In this document: positions 59,429-64,000 of the stretch, in pieces | Position numbering within the stretch: position 1 is the first letter of the stretch | Layout of the letters: the number at the start of each line of letters is the position of its first letter | Source of the DNA: an uncultured Anaerolineaceae bacterium | Lineage (GTDB): Bacteria > Chloroflexota > Anaerolineae > Anaerolineales > UBA11579 | Assembly: GCA_964623375.1 (NCBI GenBank) | Contig: CAZUTS010000002.1 | Coordinates: forward strand, 126,081-190,080 | Reading direction: 5' to 3' | Length of the DNA stretch: 64,000 nt | Translations under genes and position numbers: made by a program | Notes under the pieces: generated by a model | The model's input: only the letters and a program-made list of their open reading frames with translations | Database searches by the model: none | What the model was told of the DNA's origin: nothing

Positions 59429-59511
59429 AGATGAATACAGATTTTAACTGCGATAAACACAGATAATTGTTATCTGTGTTTATCGGTCTATGCATCTGTG
59501 TATATCTGTGG
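59425..59511. repeat. Nested palindrome of the 'CCACAGAT / AAACACAGATAA' element
   Basis: Inner perfect 16-bp hairpin cgataaacacagataa-ttg-ttatctgtgtttatcg (59451-59485). Outer arms ccacagatgaatacagat / atctgtgtatatctgtgg. Confidence 0.75.
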
Positions 59512-59512
59512 A

Positions 59513-60070
59513 TTAAACGCGGGTGACGTACTCGCCGGTGCGGGTGTCCACACGAATGACATCGCCCTGGTTCACGAAGGCAGGCACCTGAACTTGCAGG
59601 CCGGTCTCGGTGGTCACGGTCTTGTTCACACCGGTGGCGGTATCGCCGCGCACGGCGACTTCGGCCTGGGTCACTTCCAGGTCTACCGCGGTAGGCAGCT
59701 CCACATCCAGCGCCTCGCTGCCGTAGAAGGTCAGCTTCACTTCCATGCCTTCCTTCAAGTACTCGGCAGAGTCACCGAGCACCTCGGAGGGCAGGGCGGG
59801 CTGCTCGTAGGTTTCCTGGTCCATGAAGATGTAGTTGTCGCCGTCTTTGTAGAGGAACTGCACGTTGTGATAGTCCAGACGCACGTCTTGCACGCGCATA
59901 CCGGAGTTCCAGGTCTTTTCAATGTTGGAGCCGGTGCGCAGGTTGCGCGCCTTCACGCGGATGGTGGCGCTGCCGCGGCCGGGTTTGTTGTGGGAGTATT
60001 CAAATACCTTATAGAGCTGGCCGTCTTCTTCAAAGACAACCCCTTTGCGCAGGTCATTTACATCGATCAT
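59513..60070 (-). CDS. efp: Elongation factor P
   Basis: 185 aa. 'DLRKGVVFEEDGQLYKVFEYSHNKPGRGSATIRVKARNLRTG'. AGGAG RBS. Confidence 0.95.
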   Translation of the reverse strand: MIDVNDLRKGVVFEEDGQLYKVFEYSHNKPGRGSATIRVKARNLRTGSNIEKTWNSGMRVQDVRLDYHNVQFLYKDGDNYIFMDQETYEQPALPSEVLGDSAEYLKEGMEVKLTFYGSEALDVELPTAVDLEVTQAEVAVRGDTATGVNKTVTTETGLQVQVPAFVNQGDVIRVDTRTGEYVTRV

Positions 60071-60251
60071 TAATACGCTCCTGTATGTAGACGCTCCCTA
60101 GGGGCGCCAATGAGGCTCACAGGCGCCTACGGGCACATCACCCGCAAAGCGGGCGGCATTATAGCTCAGAATTGGCCATCGCAGATAGTACGTTTGGACA
60201 GGTAGTACAGCGGGGCAAAGATGGTAAACTCTACTTGTTGTAGAGGTAGCT

Positions 60252-60662
60252 GTGGCCGAACAAACCCGCAAAGTGGTGTGTGTTGAAGACGAGCAGGAGA
60301 TGATTGACCTGATTCGGCTTATTTTGAGCCGGAGGGGCTTCGAAGTGCTTGGTGCCAACGGCGGAGTGCGTGGTTTAGAGCTTATTCGTGCCGAAAAGCC
60401 CGATATTGTCCTGCTCGATCTGATGATGCCAGAGATGGACGGTTGGCAGGTTTACCAGCAGCTGAAAGCTGACCCGTCCACCGAGCATATTCCCGTGGTG
60501 GTGGTCACCGCCAAAGCCCAGAATATTGACAAAGTGCTTGGCCTGCACATTGCCAAGGTGGATGATTACATTTCCAAGCCGTTCAGCTTGCAAGAGCTGG
60601 TAGACCGCGTAGAGGCGGTGCTGGCACGCCAGACCCAGGCTCAAGACAGTTCCGCCGTCTAA
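60252..60662 (+). CDS. Single-domain response regulator (CheY-like receiver)
   Basis: 136 aa. 'VVCVEDEQEM', 'DIVLLDLMMPEMDGW', 'VVVVTAK', 'YISKPF'. Confidence 0.85.
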   Translation: MAEQTRKVVCVEDEQEMIDLIRLILSRRGFEVLGANGGVRGLELIRAEKPDIVLLDLMMPEMDGWQVYQQLKADPSTEHIPVVVVTAKAQNIDKVLGLHIAKVDDYISKPFSLQELVDRVEAVLARQTQAQDSSAV

Positions 60663-60688
60663 CTGCTGGCCGCCGGGCGGCCGTTTTC

Positions 60689-61057
60689 ATGCGCCACGTT
60701 GAAATCCAAAACCTCACTTGCCCGCTGGCTGGGCCGCTGCGCGCCGCCGTAGCGGCCAGTTTTGGCGCCAAGCTGCGCGGGCTAATGTTCCGCCGCACGC
60801 TCGCCGTGGGCGAGGGCCTGTTGCTGGCCGAGCCAGCCGAGAGCCGCGCCGGCGCCGGCATCCATATGTTCTTCATGCAGTTTGACTTGTGCGTGGTGTG
60901 GCTGGATCGCGATTTGGTGGTCGTAGACCGCCAAATCGCACAGCGCTGGCGCAGCCTGCTGCTGCCCGCCAAACCCGCCCGCTATGTGTTAGAGTGTTCG
61001 CCGTCTCGCTATGCAGAATTTGAAATTGCTGACCAGATTGCTTTCAAAGACGCCTAG
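60689..61057 (+). CDS. DUF192 (COG1430) family protein
   Basis: 122 aa. 'KLRGLMFRRTL..GEGLLL...MFFMQFDLCVVWLDRDLVVVD' fits my recollection of the DUF192 pattern. Confidence 0.55.
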   Translation: MRHVEIQNLTCPLAGPLRAAVAASFGAKLRGLMFRRTLAVGEGLLLAEPAESRAGAGIHMFFMQFDLCVVWLDRDLVVVDRQIAQRWRSLLLPAKPARYVLECSPSRYAEFEIADQIAFKDA

Positions 61058-62468
61058 ACCGTCTTTGCGAACCAGCGGCAGATTAAAGCCAGCCGTTGTT
61101 GTATTGCTGGCACTGCTATTGCTGGCTTCTGTTGCACAGCCTGCCTATGCCCAACAAGAGGAAGAAGAAGGCTTGCGCTACCCCGTGCAGTCCGGCGACA
61201 CGCTCTCCAGCATTGCCTTGCGCTTCAACACCTCCGTGGACGAGATCGTGCGTGCTAGCAACCTGGCCAACCCCAACAGTCTGAACGTTGGCGATATCCT
61301 CATCATCCCCGGTGTGGATTGGGTGGAAGGCACGCTCTTCTTTCAGAATGTGCCGCTGGGCGAAACCTATCTCAGCCTGAGGCGCCGCTACCTCCTCAGC
61401 GATGAGAGCATGGCGTTACTCAACCAACTCACCAGCCCCGACCAGTTGTATTACAACTTCTCCGCCATGCTTGCCAGCGACCGCGGCGAGCTGACCAATA
61501 GCGGCCGCGCCGCGGTTGGCGCCGGGCAGCCGCTGTGGGAGCTGGCCGCCATCAGCGGCGACAATCCCTGGGCGCTGATGGCCTACAACCAGCTGCCGGG
61601 CGCCTGGGCTGTACCGGGTGATGTGCTCTTTACCCCGGCGCAGCAAAGCGCGGGCCCGGGCGGCTTGCCCAGCGGTGTGCAATCTGTTGAAGTTGAAGGC
61701 ATTGGCTTCGTGCAAGGCCGCACCCTGGTGGTGAACGTGGCCTCAGACGCCGGCACACAACTGGGCGGCGAATTCTTTGGCTTCCCCTTGCACTTCTTTA
61801 ATGAAAGCGAAACTCAGCAGGTGGCGCTGCAGGGTATCCCTCTGTATGCGGAGAGCGGCGTGTTCAACTTCACCCTCGTGGGCACATTGCCCGATGGGGC
61901 AAACTTCTCGCTGACCCAGCCGGTGCGTATCAGCAGCGGCGGCTACGAGAGCGAAAACCTCACCGTGAATGACCCCGCGCTGCTCAACCCTGAATTGTCT
62001 GAGCGCGAATCGGCTGAGGTGTATGCCCTGGTGGCCGAGGCTACGCCAGACAAACGGTGGGCCGGCTACTGGGGCGCGCCGCATCCGTACATCAACGTGA
62101 TCAATTCGGGCTTTGGTATCCACCGCAGTTACAACGGCGGCGAGTATGAGAACTATCACTACGGCGTAGATTTTGGCGGCGGGGTAGGTATCGAGATCTG
62201 GGCACCCGCGCCCGGCACCGTCATCTTCGCCGGGCCGATGGATGTGCGCGGCAACATGACTGTGATCGACCACGGCTGGGGCGTGTACACCGGCTACTTC
62301 CACCAATCACAGATTCTGGTGAACGTGGGTGACCAGGTGCAGACCGGCCAGGTTATTGGCCTGGTGGGCGCAACCGGCCGCATCAGCGGCGCGCACTTGC
62401 ATTGGGAAGTATGGGTGGGGGGTGTAGCGGTGGAGCCGATGGATTGGCTGAACCGGGTGTATCCGTAG
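61011..62468 (+). CDS. Secreted LysM-domain M23 family metallopeptidase
   Basis: 485 aa. Signal peptide. LysM 'YPVQSGDTLSSIALRFNTSVDEIVRASNL...GDILIIP'. M23 'HYGVDFGG...GNMTVIDHGWGVYTGYFHQS...GATGRISGAHLHWEV'. Confidence 0.9.
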   Translation: MQNLKLLTRLLSKTPRPSLRTSGRLKPAVVVLLALLLLASVAQPAYAQQEEEEGLRYPVQSGDTLSSIALRFNTSVDEIVRASNLANPNSLNVGDILIIPGVDWVEGTLFFQNVPLGETYLSLRRRYLLSDESMALLNQLTSPDQLYYNFSAMLASDRGELTNSGRAAVGAGQPLWELAAISGDNPWALMAYNQLPGAWAVPGDVLFTPAQQSAGPGGLPSGVQSVEVEGIGFVQGRTLVVNVASDAGTQLGGEFFGFPLHFFNESETQQVALQGIPLYAESGVFNFTLVGTLPDGANFSLTQPVRISSGGYESENLTVNDPALLNPELSERESAEVYALVAEATPDKRWAGYWGAPHPYINVINSGFGIHRSYNGGEYENYHYGVDFGGGVGIEIWAPAPGTVIFAGPMDVRGNMTVIDHGWGVYTGYFHQSQILVNVGDQVQTGQVIGLVGATGRISGAHLHWEVWVGGVAVEPMDWLNRVYP

Positions 62469-62484
62469 CGTTTTTTAGTGCGCT

Positions 62485-62721
62485 CTATTCTTCAACCGAG
62501 AAAAACTCATCCACCACCGCCTTCGCTGCCTCTTCGTGTTCGTCGGCAACATAGATCTCGATCTCGCCCATGCGGCCCACGAAGGTGCCGTACACCTGGC
62601 CCGCAGCTTCCTTGGAGAGCAGCACCTGCATGCCCTGTGCCTCGAGCATGCCGCGCAGCACTTCGGCTTGGGCCGGGTCGTGCAGAGTGATGAGTTTTAT
62701 GAAGTTAGGTTTGCTAGTCAT
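62485..62721 (-). CDS. DUF2007-like small protein (putative signal-transducing fold)
   Basis: 78 aa. 'LITLHDPAQAEVLRGMLEAQGMQVLL...IEIYVADEHEEAAKAVV'. Confidence 0.5.
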   Translation of the reverse strand: MTSKPNFIKLITLHDPAQAEVLRGMLEAQGMQVLLSKEAAGQVYGTFVGRMGEIEIYVADEHEEAAKAVVDEFFSVEE

Positions 62722-62927
62722 TGGGAGAGTTTAACTCTAAAGGCACGTAAGAATACAGAAGCGAGAATGCAGAACTGAACCTTGTCTTTGGGATGGTCTA
62801 GCCACAAACAGAGTGGAATGCAGTACTGTGAATTCAGAGCTGCCGTAAATGCAACCCAAATCTGCATTCAAAAATCAAAAATCTCACTTGCTTCTTCTGC
62901 CTTACTCCTTCATCCCTCATCCTTTGG

Positions 62928-62933
62928 TATAAT
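62928..62933 (+). promoter_or_regulatory. -10 box TATAAT 16 nt upstream of ATG 62950
   Basis: ttggTATAATtccgccgctgtttctcATG. Confidence 0.35.
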
Positions 62934-62949
62934 TCCGCCGCTGTTTCTC

Positions 62950-64000
62950 ATGCAACGAAGTACAGACCCCATCGACTGGCAAACTTTCTCCATCGAAGAC
63001 GCAGATCTCGAGTTTCTGTCCGCATACCTGCTGGAACACGAGACCCCACTCGGGCCGGAGGCGCTGGCGCAGCACTTGATCGTGCAGCGCATTACCAACC
63101 CGCGCCCGCAAGCCAAAGACGGCGCGGAAGAGAAAGCTTACTTGCCCAAAGACACGTATGCCGTAGGCGACCGTGTTTACTTCCCCGCGCTCAAGAATAT
63201 TGGTGGGCAAGTGGCCGCCGTGCGCCCGGCAGATACGATTGGCAATGCCAGCTTTGACGTAGTGCAGGTCAAGATGGAAGACGGCCGCACGCGTGAATTT
63301 GCCGCCAACTTGGCCGAGCATGTGCTCAACGACCCGCCGAAACAAGAAGCGACTGGCGTGGATCCGCTCACCGAAGCCAAGCAGCACGCCAAAGACATCG
63401 TGCCTGCCATGGTGGAGGCGTTGCAATCCAGCCCCGAATTTGTCTACATTGCTGGCCGCTGGTTCCCCAAGGCCCTCATCGTTGACGTCGACCCCGGCCA
63501 ACTCAACGTGGCCGAGGCTATTTTGGATATGGCCGGCGGCGGCCCGCTGCCTACCAGCCAACTGCTCGGCGAGGTGGAGCTGCCCGACGGGGTGAACCCC
63601 AAGCTCGCCGAGTTCTCGCTCGACCTGGCGCTGCAGAACGACCCGCGCTTCGATGAAGTGGGCTCGACTGGCGAGGTGGCCTGGTTCCTACGCCGCCTCG
63701 AGCCGGAGGCCGTGCAGAAGCTCCCGCTGTTCTTGCAGTATGCGCCAGTTGGCTTTGACCCCAGCCCGCTCAGCGAGGATATGCGTGACCTGGTGCGCTC
63801 GCTGGATGACGAGCTTTCCTTCCATGATCTTCTCGACGACAACGCTCCCGAAGTGGTCGAGGTGTCGCTCATCTTCCCGCATTGGCGCGGTGGCACCCTG
63901 CCGCTGACGCCCAAGATGGCCAAGCTGTTCCCCAGCGCCATCGAATCGCCGCGCGTGCGCTTCACCTTTGTGGACGAGAAAAGCGGCGAGAGCTTCCCGG
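62950..64000 (+). CDS. Hypothetical protein, 3'-truncated by the window edge (not in the supplied ORF track)
   Basis: I translated the frame by hand from ATG 62950 and found 350 sense codons with no stop to position 64000 (MQRSTDPIDWQTFSIEDADLEFLSAYLLEHETPLGPEAL...). Codon usage is GC3-rich like its neighbours. The listed ORFs here (62917-63561 minus, 63444-63965 minus) are antisense or off-frame. Confidence 0.7.
   Translation, partial: MQRSTDPIDWQTFSIEDADLEFLSAYLLEHETPLGPEALAQHLIVQRITNPRPQAKDGAEEKAYLPKDTYAVGDRVYFPALKNIGGQVAAVRPADTIGNASFDVVQVKMEDGRTREFAANLAEHVLNDPPKQEATGVDPLTEAKQHAKDIVPAMVEALQSSPEFVYIAGRWFPKALIVDVDPGQLNVAEAILDMAGGGPLPTSQLLGEVELPDGVNPKLAEFSLDLALQNDPRFDEVGSTGEVAWFLRRLEPEAVQKLPLFLQYAPVGFDPSPLSEDMRDLVRSLDDELSFHDLLDDNAPEVVEVSLIFPHWRGGTLPLTPKMAKLFPSAIESPRVRFTFVDEKSGESFP

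Overview
GC-rich bacterial chromosomal segment, about 63 protein genes and mostly housekeeping. Gene content, repeat style and promoter style suggest a Chloroflexota-like organism, but that is my inference and is not tested. Left to right: vapBC, recF, def, a cNMP/bPH membrane protein, PGM/PMM, an SPFH protein and ferritin. Next comes an FMN riboswitch controlling an NMT1/ThiY-type ABC importer (RibXY-like), followed by a complete but rearranged System I cytochrome c maturation cluster (ccmE-F-H-G-I'-cytc-A-B-C-D'). Then an AI-2E transporter, an odd REC/Roadblock/dead-IS200-transposase fusion, polA, a GT-C glycosyltransferase, alaS, an A/T-richer lipoprotein islet and an mhqED-like pair. After that: an ECF sigma coupled to ogt, a membrane spermidine-synthase-like protein plus a TIGR01906/Lit-like protein, apgM, an msmX-like ATPase, mutS, and two methyltransferases. 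Then a six-gene Dlt-like cluster (micro-ORF, MBOAT, SGNH, lipoprotein, carrier protein, acyl-AMP ligase), ftsH, fabH-fabF, an EamA transporter, efp, a CheY-like receiver, DUF192, a LysM-M23 peptidase, DUF2007, and one ORF running off the right edge that the ORF track misses. Most interesting: (1) the Dlt-like MBOAT acylation cluster, including an unannotated 39-aa DltX-like peptide ending WIYQGF. (2) An otherwise canonical FMN riboswitch carrying a 73-nt self-structured insertion exactly inside loop L2, plus a partial 5' duplication and two tandem terminators. (3) CcmE with CxxxY instead of HxxxY, yet with a CcmH present. (4) The REC-Roadblock-inactivated Y1 transposase protein in a genome littered with REP/MITE-like hairpin repeats. 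(5) Three cases of intergenic-type repeats sitting in frame inside CDSs. (6) A recurrent TAnAAT-N6-ATG arrangement implying leaderless mRNAs. All function calls rest on motif recognition by eye and memory; no database search was possible. Many long ORFs in the track are antisense artefacts of high GC.
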